Source: Prorocentrum cordatum
Taxonomy: Eukaryota
Assembly (NCBI GenBank): GCA_963575745.1
Contig: CAUYUJ010000145.1
Location: 1 to 64,000, forward strand
Length of the DNA: 64,000 nt
Direction of reading: 5' to 3'
Under the pieces are notes generated by a model. It made no database searches. It worked only from the letters and a program-made list of their open reading frames with translations, and had not been told where the DNA came from. Shown here piece by piece: positions 11,483 through 26,100 of the stretch. Positions within the stretch are counted from its first letter, which is position 1; every line of letters begins with the position of its first letter. The translations under genes were made by a program, and so were the position numbers.

Positions 11483-12649
11483 TTGCTCAAAACGACTTCC
11501 GCGGCTTCTCCCCGGCACCCGCCCAGACCCCCCTGGGGAGTCAAGATGCTCTTTTGACACTACTAGAAACCCATCAGTCTTCGCTGTTAGGCTTTTTTTT
11601 TACACACAAAAACAGAAACTGGTGGCGCTCTGCGCGCATTTCTTGGATCCGCGCTGGGCCCCTATCCCTGGCGCGCGGAGCGCGCGAGGGGCGGCGCCGG
11701 AGGCGCCGCCAGGGGGGCCCAGGCGGCGATCCAGGGAATCCGCGCGGAGCGCCACAAGCTTATGTTTATCTTTCGAAGAAAAAAAACGAAGCCAGGACGA
11801 GGACAAATTCCAATGAGGACGGATCGAGAATCTCTGAGATCAAGCGGCTCTGGAGGACGTGTCCAGCGCCGCGGCCTTCTCGGAGCGCTCCAGAACGCTC
11901 TATAAAAGCGTTCCGGAACGCTCTGGAGCGGACGCCCGAGAAAATCTGTCAGGAGGGGGGATGAAGCCAAACCCAGTCAAGATCGGGCCCAAGCCCCTCC
12001 CAGAGTCCATCTCATGAAGCTCCTCCTCCCCGATGCGTGCATCTCGGTCCCAGGGCCCGAAAACGGCCCCCCGAGGCCGGGAAAGCGAAAAAGCACCTTC
12101 CCGAGCCCAGAGCCTCGAGCCCGCCAGCCTTCCGCGCTCGCCGGAGCCAGTACTGGGCGGCCTCGGGCCCCCAGCGGGCTCCAGGTCTCACTGCACCGAC
12201 CATGCAGACGTGCTGCACCGGATGTTTGGCGTGGACATCTCAGTGCCAGACCCTGAAGCGGCGAGCGAAGAACGACGTGAATTTCGCGTCAGCTGGTTCC
12301 AGTGGTCATCCCTGGCCAAGACACAAATCCGCACGAACTGCACCTCGAAATCCGGAACGAGATTCTCCAGGACCCTCTGGTCCCATCCGATTGACTTCCG
12401 AACGAAATCCGCTCTGCGCTGTTGGCGCCATGACTTATGTTGCTCCCATCGTACTTAAGGACCACATCCCAGAAATACTTTCGAGCACCCGGAAGAGTGT
12501 CGAAAGAGTGTCGAAACAGTGTCGGACGAGTGTCTCCCAGGGCCCGACACGTGAATACCCTAAAGTGTTTGGGTACTTTTCTGGTACTCGAAATTCTTTC
12601 TGGCGATCAAGACTAAAGTAGGTTGGAACATTATAAGCCATGACAAGTC

Positions 12650-12772
12650 CTGCTGGTCGCATTTCTCGTTGCACCAGCAGCTCTCCGCCCACGAGCCGCA
12701 GTGGTCCACGCAGGACTCCTCGGGGGGCAGCGCGGCGCCCTCGCCGCCGCCGTCGGCCCAGCACGGCGCAAC
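12650..12772 (-). CDS. Exon 2 of PAE/Notum-like gene (somatomedin-B domain N-half)
   Basis: VAPCWADG...ESCVDHCGSWAESCWCNEKCDQQ fits the SMB pattern SCxxxC...CxCxxxC. AG|G acceptor, GA donor, 41 codons. Confidence 0.8.
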
Positions 12773-12801
12773 CTTGAGGCGCACGGTTTCCCCCGGGGCC
12801 G

Positions 12802-12948
12802 TAGGCGACCCGAGGAGGAGGAGGAGGAGGAGGAGGAGGAGGAGGAGGAGGAGGAGGAGGAGGTGGAGGGGGAGGGGGAGGAGGAGATGGAGATGGAGGA
12901 GGAGGGAGGAGCAGGAGGAGGAGGAGGAGGAGGAGGACGGGTCGCCTA
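12802..12948. mobile_element. TIR-bounded (GGA)n mini-element
   Basis: TAGGCGACCCG (12802-12812) and CGGGTCGCCTA (12938-12948) form a perfect inverted repeat around a GGA tract. Confidence 0.6.
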
Positions 12949-13103
12949 AGCCCTTCGGAGCAACCCTCCAGGGAGGGGTGGGGAAGATACAGGGCACGAC
13001 TGCGCAATAAGAAACACCCTGAACATACGTGGCACGATTCAAGATGCGACCATCTCTCCTGGCCCCCCGTCTCCCCACCCGATAAGAATCGTCTTTCTGA
13101 AGC

Positions 13104-13145
13104 CTGCGCCACGATCAGGGCTGCCGCGGCCGCCCTGCGCCCCAT
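13104..13145 (-). CDS. Probable exon 1 of PAE/Notum-like gene (signal peptide)
   Basis: MGRRAAAAALIVAQ plus VAPCWA of exon 2 forms a plausible signal peptide. AG|GC donor, phase 0. Confidence 0.6.
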
Positions 13146-13322
13146 CGGTCGCCAAGTGGGCGGGAGAAAGAAACGGGGTCCTCCGCGCGGTGACGTAGCG
13201 ACCCCACGTGGTGGCTTGCGCGGGGCGCCGGCGCGGCACGCCGCGTTGGCAACGAGAGCGTTGGCGTGCGACCTTGCGCGGGCACCTGACGCGCGAATGC
13301 TGGTACGGATGAACCCGCTTGT

Positions 13323-13516
13323 CGGGTCGGGCGAAAGGGGGGGATAGCAGAGGGGGGGTTTGAGAATCAGCTCACGTAGCTGACTTTCCCAGCGCCTCCC
13401 GGCGCCGGAGGCGGCCATGTATCGAGGAATGGGCCCCTCGGTGAGGCCGAAACCAGCTGCATGCAGCAAATTTCGTACCCCCCCCCTTTCCCAATCCCCC
13501 CATTTCGTCCGGCCCG
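13323..13516. mobile_element. MITE family A, copy 2
   Basis: Same TIRs and internal GAGAATCAGCTCACGT / TTTCGTACCCCCC as 4551-4747. Confidence 0.8.
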
Positions 13517-14901
13517 AGCTTCTCTACGTGGCTCCAGTGCCGCGGCCGGAGGCCGCGTCGGCTGAGGCCGGGGTTGCTGCTCGAGCGCGGGGATGGGAAG
13601 CAGAGCCGCAGCATGGCGGGGGGGCCCGAGTGCGCACCTGGCCGTCCGACGTCCCGGGCGCGCGGTGCAGCATCGGGAACTGGGCGAACTACCCGTTGCG
13701 AGGATGCACGCATAAGTGTGCCCGTGCTACAGGCCTCGGAACAAATTAGCGAACACTCATGCCACATTCATCTGTCAACGCCTCCCCCTCCCCCCGATGT
13801 TCATCAAAGTTGGCGGTGGGTCTGATGATATACACTTCGACCGCAGTCTCCCCCGCGCGTGCCAGCGTTGAGTTTTGGGGGGACGGGGAGTGTTCAGTAA
13901 TTGTTTCCCTCTAACGTATGGCCCAAATTCGCTCGAAGCAAAAACTGAAATCCCCCCTTGCATAGCTTGTGCAGACATGTCGCTGCGAAGCGCAATACAT
14001 CTGCTCGAGAATGTACCTCGAGGCTTGCCTGGCAAAACAAATGACTATAACCATCGCGCTCGGATCGCGCGCGCTCAAATCCAGCTTGCGATGGGGCCCA
14101 ACGTATAGCGCGCCAGAGGGGCCACGTCCGGATGATGGGTCATTGGCTTGGAAGCCCACGCGTTGGTGTTTGAAATCGCACTTGGGCTTGGTATTCGTGG
14201 CAGTCCTCGCGCATCCTTGGGCACTATTGGGGATCTAGTAAGCCTCCGAAGCCTCTCTGGAGCCACTGGCAACACATGAAAAAAAACGTCAAAGGAAGGA
14301 GGATCCAGGAGTGTGGAGGGAAAAGAGAGGGAGGAGGGAGGAGAGAGGGGGAGGAGGAGGAGGGGGGGGAAGAGGGAGAGGAGTTTTTGGAGAAGAAGAG
14401 AAGAAGGATTCCATCGTAAATTCGTTCCTGGTAGCCGTCATGCCAGCTCCAAATTGCACGCGCTGCTGAGCATCGCACGCCAGCGAAAGAGATTGCCCCC
14501 TCTGTTGGGCGAGGCCCGCGCTCCCACGGAGGCTTTTTTTTTCCTTCCACGGCTGAAGGACGAACGGGGGCTTCGAATCCACATGTCCTCTTCCAGCTCC
14601 GCCCTCGATGGCCCTACTGAACGCAGGGAGGCCGCTTGGTTCCAGACAGGCCAGCCCTTTTTGCAAGGGAGGAGGAGGAGGCGCAGGGAGGAGGAGGATG
14701 CGCGGGAGGACCCTTTTGGGGCTTCGCAGCCCGGCTCACGGACCTGCGCCATGCAAGCCGCTAACCGCAGGGCGCGTGCGGCCGGCCCGGTCACTCCAGC
14801 CTTCGGCGCTTGGCGGCGTCGTCGCCCTTGCGGGGCCGAATCCGCGCGTGGATGACTTCCTCCGCCTCTTCCGCCGCCTCCTCTTGCGACTTCTATCCAC
14901 G

Positions 14902-15058
<157 letters not shown>

Positions 15059-15059
15059 G

Positions 15060-15146
<87 letters not shown>

Positions 15147-15167
15147 ACGACTACTACTACGTCTACG

Positions 15168-15208
<41 letters not shown>

Positions 15209-15227
15209 GACTACTACGACTACTACG

Positions 15228-15286
<59 letters not shown>

Positions 15287-15323
15287 GACTACGACTACTA
15301 CGACTACTACTACTACTACTACG

Positions 15324-15358
<35 letters not shown>

Positions 15359-15383
15359 TTCTACTACGACTACTACTACTACT

Positions 15384-15415
<32 letters not shown>

Positions 15416-15465
15416 CAATACTACTACTACCACTACTACTACTACTAATACCACTACTGCTTCTT

Positions 15466-15511
<46 letters not shown>

Positions 15512-15634
15512 GACTACTACGACTACTACTACAACTACGACTACGACTACGACTACAACTACGACTACGACTACGACTATACTACGACTACGACTACGGC
15601 TACGGCTACGACTACGACTACGGCTGCGTTTACG

Positions 15635-15687
<53 letters not shown>

Positions 15688-15715
15688 TTCTACTACGACT
15701 ACTACTTTTACCACT

Positions 15716-15750
<35 letters not shown>

Positions 15751-15827
15751 GACGACTACTACTACTTCTGCTACTACTACTACTACTACTACTACTAGTA
15801 GTCCTACGACCACTATGTCAACTACCA

Positions 15828-15869
<42 letters not shown>

Positions 15870-15902
15870 TTACTACTACTACTACTACTGCTACTACTAC
15901 TC

Positions 15903-15960
<58 letters not shown>

Positions 15961-15991
15961 GACTTCCATTCATACTATGACTGCGGCCGCG

Positions 15992-16025
<34 letters not shown>

Positions 16026-16324
16026 GAACTACTACTAGTACTAGTACAAGTACTACTATTAATAATAATAATAATACGACTCTCACGAAGACTACTACTA
16101 CTATTACGACGACGATGAGTACTACTACAACTAATATAAGATATTTTGCTATTACAACTACTACTCCAACTAGATCAACCAGTACTTCCATTACTACGAC
16201 TACTACGACTACGACAACGACGACGACGACTACTACTATTACTACCACTGCTACTACTACTACTACTACTACTGCTACGACTACGACGGCCACTGTTACG
16301 ATCACGACTAAGACTACGACTACG

Positions 16325-16356
<32 letters not shown>

Positions 16357-16424
16357 GACTACTGCCACTAATACTACGATTAGTACTACTGCTGCTGCTG
16401 CTGCTACTACTGCTACTACTACTA

Positions 16425-16470
<46 letters not shown>

Positions 16471-16471
16471 G

Positions 16472-16505
<34 letters not shown>

Positions 16506-16622
16506 TTACTACTACGACTACTACTACTACTACTACTACTACGACTACTACGTGTACGACTACTACTAGTACGACGCCTACTGGCACAACTGCTTCGACG
16601 ACCACTACTACTACGACTACTA

Positions 16623-16659
<37 letters not shown>

Positions 16660-16660
16660 G

Positions 16661-16712
<52 letters not shown>

Positions 16713-17822
16713 CGTAACTACTGACTACTACTACTACTACAACTACTACTACTACGACATAACAAAGTACTACTAAGTGCTACGACTACGACTACGACTG
16801 CAACTCGACCTACGACTACTACTACAACTACTACTACTAACTACTACTACTATACCAACAAACTACTACAACTAACTACTACACCACTACTACTACGACA
16901 ACGAGTAGGACTACGACAACTACTACTACTACCTACAACTACAACTACCACACGACGATACTACAGCGACATTGCGACTGCTACTACTACGCGACTACTA
17001 CTACTACTACTAATACTACAACTACACTGCTACTACAACAACAACTACTACAACTACAACAATTACTACTACGATAACTACAACTACTACTACTACGACT
17101 ACTACTACTACTACTACAACAAACTACAACAACAACAACTAAGACTACACTCGCTACAACTACGACTACTGCTACTACTACAAATACTACTACTACCACT
17201 GCTACTACTACTAACTACTATTACTAACTACGATTACAACTACTACTACTACTACTACTACTACTACTGCTACTACTCCTACTACTACTACTACTACTAC
17301 TACTACTAAGACTACGACTACGACTACTACTACGACTACTACTACGACTACTGCTACTACTGCTACGTGTACTGCAACTGCAAATGCTGAGGCCATTACT
17401 AGTGCCACTGCTGCCACTACTACGACTACAGCTACAAATACTTCTACCACTCACAATTATACGACTACGCCTCTTGCTACTGGCACGACTTCACCTACTA
17501 CTACTACTACTACTACTACGACTACTACGACTACTACTACTACTGCTATAACTACTACTACTACTACTACTACTATTAATACTACTACTACTACTACGAC
17601 TACTACTACTACTACTACTACTACTACAGACGACGACTACTCCTCCTACTACCCCTAGTAAGACTACGGCTACCACGACTACCACTACTACTACAAGTGC
17701 GACCACGACTACGAATACGACTACTAATACTAGTACGACAAATAACACGAGGACTGTGATGCTACAACTACTGATGCTACTGCAGCTACGAAACTACGAC
17801 CAATACAACTACTACTGCGACG

Positions 17823-17935
<113 letters not shown>

Positions 17936-18055
17936 GACTACTACGACTACTACGACTACTACTACTACTACTACTACTACTGCTACTACTATTGCTACTA
18001 CTGCTACGGTTGCCACTATCACTACTACTACATGTACAACTATCATTACTTCTGT

Positions 18056-18121
<66 letters not shown>

Positions 18122-18148
18122 GGCGACGAGTACTATCACTACTACGAG

Positions 18149-18162
18149 GCATTTGGATCAAG
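18149..18162 (+). other. Degenerate spliced-leader relic
   Basis: GCATTTGGATCAAG vs SL 3' end GCCATTTTGGCTCAAG. It lies exactly at the microsatellite/unique-sequence junction, 40 nt before an ATG. Confidence 0.6.
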
Positions 18163-18202
18163 CTGCTGTGGTGCAGGTCTCGCCTCCCCTCTGCTGACGC
18201 CG

Positions 18203-18886
18203 ATGCCGAAGTCTGATGGGCGCTCCCAGTGCCTCGAGGCGGCCCGCGCCGCCGCGATGCCTGCGCACTCCGCGGCTGGGCTGGCCACAGCTGCGGGGCT
18301 TCGCGAGGCTGCTCGCCTCCTCCGCTCCAGCGAGGCCATGGCGAAGGCGGCGGCGGCGGTGCTGGCGTCGAGCACTCCGGGACCCACAACTTCGCGGCCG
18401 GCCGGCCAGGCCGATGACGCGACTGCTGGCGCTGCTCCAGTTCTGGCCAGGGCGCGCCGGCGTGGCAAGAAGAAGCAGCTGATGCAAATCGCGGCGGCCG
18501 TGGAGTGCAACGATGCAGCGGAGGTGTCAATCGTGGGCGGTGGCCCCGTTGCCTCTTCTGCACTGCTCTCGGCCGACGCGCTGGAGTTCAAGCCCGCCCG
18601 CGTGCTGAAGCCCCAGACGTCCCGTGAACGCTCTCCTCGGCGCGGCCCGGTCGTTGCTCCTGCTTCTCCGCCTTCTGCGACCGCCGCTGGTTCTGCTTCA
18701 GGTACCGCGCGCTTCGATGTCAACCAGCCTGTTGTCCTTGGAGGTTTGGTCTCGCGACCAGGCCTCGAGGGCATGCGTGCCACCGTCCTGTCGTTCGACG
18801 TGGCGGCGGAGCGCTACGCGGTGCAGGTCGACACCACCAACGAACGCGTGCGCGTGCGCGGGGCCAACCTGCGCGCGTGCGGCTGA
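18203..18886 (+). CDS. Intronless Ala-rich protein (227 aa) with a C-terminal small beta-barrel (SH3/KOW-like) domain; SL-derived retrocopy
   Basis: MPKSDGRSQ...VVLGGLVSRPGLEGMRATVLSFDVAAERYAVQV...VRVRGANL resembles a GLxxxPxLxGxxxxVxxxD...RYxV...xNL module I recall from protist proteins. A-rich AAAAAGAA at ~18990. Confidence 0.62.
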   Translation: MPKSDGRSQCLEAARAAAMPAHSAAGLATAAGLREAARLLRSSEAMAKAAAAVLASSTPGPTTSRPAGQADDATAGAAPVLARARRRGKKKQLMQIAAAVECNDAAEVSIVGGGPVASSALLSADALEFKPARVLKPQTSRERSPRRGPVVAPASPPSATAAGSASGTARFDVNQPVVLGGLVSRPGLEGMRATVLSFDVAAERYAVQVDTTNERVRVRGANLRACG

Positions 18887-19202
18887 CGGTCGCCCTTGGC
18901 GTTTGTCGGCATGTGAATTCACGTGTGCAGATGGGCACCCTATCCCGGTAGGTGCTGCGTCCAGATGCTCTCTGCATCACGCTCGGAGGAAAAAGAACTA
19001 TCACTACTACGACCACTGCTACGGCTAATTCCACCACTGCTTCTACTACTGCTGCTACGACTACTTCGACTACGACTACAACTACGACGACTACTACGAA
19101 TGCCGCCACGACGAATGAACTACGAGGGCACTCACTAGTGATACATCTGCGACTGCTACTGCTACTGCTACTGGTGCTAGGACTACGACTGCGACTACTA
19201 CG

Positions 19203-19234
<32 letters not shown>

Positions 19235-19244
19235 GACTACTACG

Positions 19245-19294
<50 letters not shown>

Positions 19295-19295
19295 G

Positions 19296-19333
<38 letters not shown>

Positions 19334-19440
19334 GACGACGACTACTACGACTACTACGACTATTACGACTACGACTACTACCACTACTACTGCTGCTACG
19401 ACTACTGCATTTACTAGTGCCACTACTTCAACGACTACTC

Positions 19441-19490
<50 letters not shown>

Positions 19491-19650
19491 GCTACTACTA
19501 CTAGTGCTACTACTCCTACTCCTACTCCTACTCCTACTACTACTGCTACTACTACTAGTTCTTTCATTAGTACCACGACTACGACTGCACCTACTACAAC
19601 TAGTACTGCTGCTACGACTACTACGCTTACTACTACTACTACTACTACTG

Positions 19651-19693
<43 letters not shown>

Positions 19694-19792
19694 GAATACG
19701 ACTACTACGAATCCGATTACTACTATTACTGCTACGTCTACCACTCATAGGATTACTACGGCTACAACTGCTAATACTACTTTTACGACTCT

Positions 19793-19834
<42 letters not shown>

Positions 19835-19979
19835 CACTTCTAGTACTACTACTGCTACTACTACTACTACTACTACTACTACTAGTACTACTACTACTAC
19901 TACTACTACTACGACTACTACTACTACTACTACTACTGCTGCCACTACTGCGACTACCGCTACTACTCTTATTACTACG

Positions 19980-20065
<86 letters not shown>

Positions 20066-20069
20066 CACG

Positions 20070-20121
<52 letters not shown>

Positions 20122-20468
20122 TTAATACTACTACTACTACTACTAATACTACTACTACGACGAGTACTAGTTTCACGACAATGACTATCACTGCTACTAC
20201 GACAACCGCTACTACTACTACTACTACTAAGACTACTGCGACTGATGCTGATGCAATTACTACTGCTATGACTACGCCTTTGAAAAAAATACGTGTTCGA
20301 CGACTCCTACCACTACCACTACTACTACTGAAACTACGGCCACGACAACTACCACCACCACTGCCACGACTACTACTACTAAACGACTACGGCTACGACT
20401 ACGACTACGACTCCGACAACTACTACTGCAGCCGCAACTGCTACTGCGACTGCTACTACTACCTCTAT

Positions 20469-20550
<82 letters not shown>

Positions 20551-20588
20551 GCTACTACTACTACTACTACTACTACTGCTACTACTAT

Positions 20589-20638
<50 letters not shown>

Positions 20639-20736
20639 GTACTACTACTACGACTACGACCAGTACGACCACGACTACGACTACCACCACCACCACTACT
20701 GCTTCGACTAATACTTCAAGTACTACTACGACTAGA

Positions 20737-20770
<34 letters not shown>

Positions 20771-20804
20771 ATACTACTACTAATACTACTACTACTAATA
20801 CTAC

Positions 20805-20870
<66 letters not shown>

Positions 20871-21129
20871 CTTCACCACGACTACGACTAAGATTACGAC
20901 GACTTCGGCTGCGACTGCGACTACTACTACTACAACTGCTACGACGAATACTGCTACTACGATTGCTACTACGACTAATACTGCTACTTGTGCTACGACT
21001 ATTACTACGACAACGGGTACTAATACTTCAACTGCTAACCTGGCTCGTGAGACTACCACGCCTGATATAACGACTACTACTACTACAACTACTACTATTG
21101 GTTCTAAGACTACTATCACGGCGACGACG

Positions 21130-21218
<89 letters not shown>

Positions 21219-21543
21219 GACTACTACGACTACTACGGCTACGACTAAGACTGCGACTACGGCGACTACAACTACTACCCCTACTACTGCGACTACCAAT
21301 ACGACTGCTACGACTACGACTACTACGACTACTCCTACTACTACTGGTACCACTGCTACTACGACTACGGCTACGACTACAACTACTACCTCGACTACTA
21401 CTCCTCCTACTGCTACTATCACTTGGGCTGCAGCACTACCAGTAATACCACGACTTCTACGAAAACTGCTACTACTAAGACGAGCATTACTGCTACCACT
21501 GCTGCTACCACTGCGCCCACTACGAATAAGAATATGCCAAAAA

Positions 21544-21585
<42 letters not shown>

Positions 21586-21730
21586 GACCACCACTACTGC
21601 TACTACTGCGCCTACAAGTACGACGGCTACTACAAGTACTACGACTACGACTACCACTGCTACTACTACGACTACTACTACGACTACGACTACTTAGGAC
21701 TACTACTATCACGACTACCAGTACTACTAT

Positions 21731-21775
<45 letters not shown>

Positions 21776-21836
21776 GACTACTACTACTACTACTACTACT
21801 ACTACAACTACTACGACTACTACTACGACAACACGA

Positions 21837-21894
<58 letters not shown>

Positions 21895-21982
21895 GATTAT
21901 TACTACGACGGCTACGTCTACTACTACCACGACGGCGACGACGACTACTATTACTACTCCGACTACAACAACTACTACTACA

Positions 21983-22014
<32 letters not shown>

Positions 22015-22061
22015 GACTACTACTACTACTACTACTACTACTACGACTACTACGACGACTA

Positions 22062-22184
<123 letters not shown>

Positions 22185-22187
22185 ACG

Positions 22188-22245
<58 letters not shown>

Positions 22246-22246
22246 T

Positions 22247-22413
<167 letters not shown>

Positions 22414-22613
22414 GACTACTACTACCGACCTGCCTAGATGCCTACCTACCGACCTCCTAGCTACCTAGCTACCTAGCTACCTAGCTACCTAGCTACCTAG
22501 CTACCTACCTACCTACCTGCCTACCTGCCTACCTGCCTACCTACCTACCTACCTACCTACCTTCCTTCCTTCCTTCCTTCCTACCTACTACTACTACTAC
22601 TACTACTACTACG

Positions 22614-22674
<61 letters not shown>

Positions 22675-22847
22675 GCACGACTACTACGACTACTACGACA
22701 ACTACGACTACTACGACGACTACGACTACGACTACGACTACGATTACGACTACGACTACGACTACGACTACGACTACGACTACGACTACGACTACGACTA
22801 CGACTACGACTACTACTACTACTACTATTACTACTACTACTACTACG

Positions 22848-22900
<53 letters not shown>

Positions 22901-23115
22901 GAATACGAATACGAATACGAATAGGAATACGAATAGGAAGGCGACGACGACTGCTACGATGACGACGAAGGAGGTGATCCCCCTCCGATCCCCCTCCTCC
23001 GCGGGCACCACTGGGAACCCTGCGCGGGCGCCTCCGGCTCCGCGCTGGCCTCCCCGCGGCCCGCGCCCGCCGCGGGCCCCACGCGTGGGCCGCCGGGCAG
23101 CTGCAGGGGCGCCTG

Positions 23116-23158
<43 letters not shown>

Positions 23159-26100
23159 GGTCGTCTTCGTCGTCGTGGTCGTCGTCGTCGTCGTCGTGGT
23201 CGCCGTCGTCGTCGCCGTCGTCGTCGTCGTCGTCGTGATCACCGTCGTCGTCGTCGCCGTCGTCGGCGCCGTCGTGGTCGGTGTCGTCGGCGGCAGAAAG
23301 GCGGAGAGGCGGAGGGGGGGGGGGGGCACGGCGGGGGCCATGGCCCCCTCCTCGGCGATTCGTACGTGATCGGCAGCGAGCTCGCGGGAGGAGGAGGAGG
23401 ACGAGGAGGAGGAGGAGGGGGAGGAGGAGGAGGAGGAGGAGAAGGACGAGCTCGCGGGCAGGAGGGGGACGGGCGAAAAAAAACATGCCCGCATCCGCGA
23501 CCTCGCGGGCCGGGCCCCTGGGCCGCGGCCCTGCGGATAGTGAGCGTTTTCCGATTCGGCATTTCGACACTGCGCGGAAGGGAGGAGGGAGGGGGGGGGC
23601 CTGGCTCCGGACCTCTGCTTGCTGCGACTGTTTGCAAACAGTGCGTCCTGTGGGAGACCCCACCTGCTCGAAACAGGCACCAAAAACAGCCCAGATCTAA
23701 ACCAGGGGGGGAGGAGGGTCCGAGGGCCCGCGCCGAGCGGCAAAACCATGACCAAGAAAACCATCGCGATACAGGGCGGTGTTTTTCACGGATGTGCAGC
23801 GCGGAATGTACCCGCGCGGTCGCGTATCCGCAGGAGCGCGCCCCGGAAATCCACACCGCGGGGGCGCGCACATGGGTGCGCGCGCCCCTCTCTTCCCCCT
23901 GGCGGCGGTGAGCCCAGGGGAGGAGGGTCAGAGGGGGCGGGCCGTCTCTTTGAAGGCTCGGAGGGCCTCCGGCCGTCTGGACAGTCTTTTTAGGCCTTCT
24001 CCGAGGACACACGAAAACTACTTCTCAGAAGGCCAATGAAAATGTGAGAAGCCCTGGCGCCTTCTGAGAAGGCCTTCTCCTTCTCACTTCCCCCCAGGCG
24101 CGCCACCGATATTAGAGGCCTTGTAGGTGGGTTCCGAATCTATGGGTTCGGGGGATCGCGCCGCATCGCCGATGCATCGGCGATGCGGCTCGATGTGGAG
24201 CCCGACTTTCTCCATGCTGGCGTCGCAGATGCATCGCAAACGTCGCCGATGCATCGATGCATTGGCGATGCAGCGCGACTCTCAGACCCCGTACACACGA
24301 ATCCCATAATTATGAAAGGCCTACAACCACGGGACCCTAACCCCGACATCTGCCAGTTTCTGTTGTTTCTGCCCCTGCTCTGGGAGTCATTCGCTGTGTT
24401 CGGCAATTTCCCAGCCGCTGTGCAAGATCACGGCGAAGGTTTGTCAAAGATTTCGGCCTCCTGGGGGCCTCACGGGGACCCGGAACTACCAAAAGACGAG
24501 CCAGGACGAAAAGCTAGCCATCGGGAGTGGATCGCGATTTCCAGGGACCCCTGAATTTGTTCACTCGCCCGGAGAGACACCCAACCACACGCAACTGTGA
24601 CTACCGTCGTTGCATCGATTTCGGTGGATCTCCTCACGGGGCCACAGAGCGTGCCAAGCGCGCGCCGCAATGGGGCGCGGCCGCCACGCGTGCGCTGCCA
24701 CTGGGGCTATAACCCCGTGATGTTGATGTGGACGAGCCACACGGCCGATCAATCACACTGAACAATCCCCCGCGTCGCCCAGAGCACACGGTGGACCAAG
24801 GCAAAAAACAATCCAACGAAATAAGCAAAACAAACAAGGGCCGACGCAACGGTCGATCGCGAAAAAAATCACGAACCCCCCAAAAAACATGTTCTTGTTC
24901 ATGCCACGCGGCGCATCAGTAATTAGCCGTAGCGTGCGCTCGCGCTCTGGAGTTTGAAGGTTCGGCCGTCGTCGCAGCGGCTCTCTTGAAACCCTGGCAC
25001 TCCAAGCGAAGAGGCCCCTGGAACGCGAACCAAACAACGATCGGAACCGCAAGGATGACGACAGGTCGGCGGAACGCCCCGCGCGCGGATCGCGCCCAAC
25101 AGGGCGAACCAGCATTAGCCCCAATAATCATGCTTGGACGAGGCATCGATTCAGGTCGCCACGCCCCTCACGCAGATCTGGCACACAAAAAAAAGTCGAC
25201 TACAACCACTCTGATGCAGACCTGGGACGTCCGAGCGACGAGTCGGCACCCCTCACGCGGATGGCGCTGCAGAGGGAGACCCAGCCGCGGGAGCGTGCTT
25301 TTGTAGAGAAAAAAAACAAAAAAAACAAAAAACACACAAAAAAAGGGACGGAGGGGGAGGTGGTTGGAGGAGAAAACAAGAATGATAATGAACAACGTGG
25401 AGACTTGAAAGAGGGGGGCAGGGCCAAGGAGCGACGGAAGACGCAGGCCAAGTATCCGCAGAGTGGCGAACGAAGAACAAAGAGGTAGAATAAGGAGGAG
25501 GACATGAGAGGCGAGAGAGGGGGCGGGGCAAGCAGGAAATAGAAACGATACAAGAACACCAAGAAAATCAAGACGTGCGCGGGCGCCCCGGGCGGCCCTG
25601 TCGCCAGCTAGCCCATAGCCCACCGCGAACAATGGGGGGGGGAAAGAAGCGGCGGGGATTGCACTTCGAAGCGACTGCCGACTCAAATTGGGAGTGGGGT
25701 AGGGGGGTTATTGATGAAACGGAGGTCGCGGCAGAAAGTGGCCCAGGAGCCCAAACAGGAAACTCGAGAATGATGTAAAAAAGACATGGGGGCATGGGGG
25801 AACCGCTCTAGTCGGCGATTGGCTCGAATGAAGGATCCTCCTCTCGCACTGCTCCCCGTCACCATACCTTCTTCTACTTATCGCCCTCCTCATGTCCTCC
25901 CGCATCACCCTGTCATCCCCGTGCGTTGCTCTCATTCTTCGCCCCTCGCTATCCTTTCACCCCTCCTCCCACCCTCAGGTTGTCATCAGTATTCTTACCC
26001 CTCCTCATCCCCATTGGCATCCTCATCCTTTACCCGCCGCATCCTCTCACCGCAGCCACACTCATCACTTGCAATCATCACCGTCGTTCCTTATCCTCAT

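Noticed and set aside
14520..14870. Possible extra exons between the two genes
   Set aside because: GC-rich unique sequence, but no recognisable motif or phase-consistent partner.
23928..23966. Alternative terminal USP exon ALRAFKETARPL*
   Set aside because: The boundary repeat GAG|GCC fits, but it overlaps a short dispersed repeat also seen near 4820 and 51625. Unsupported.
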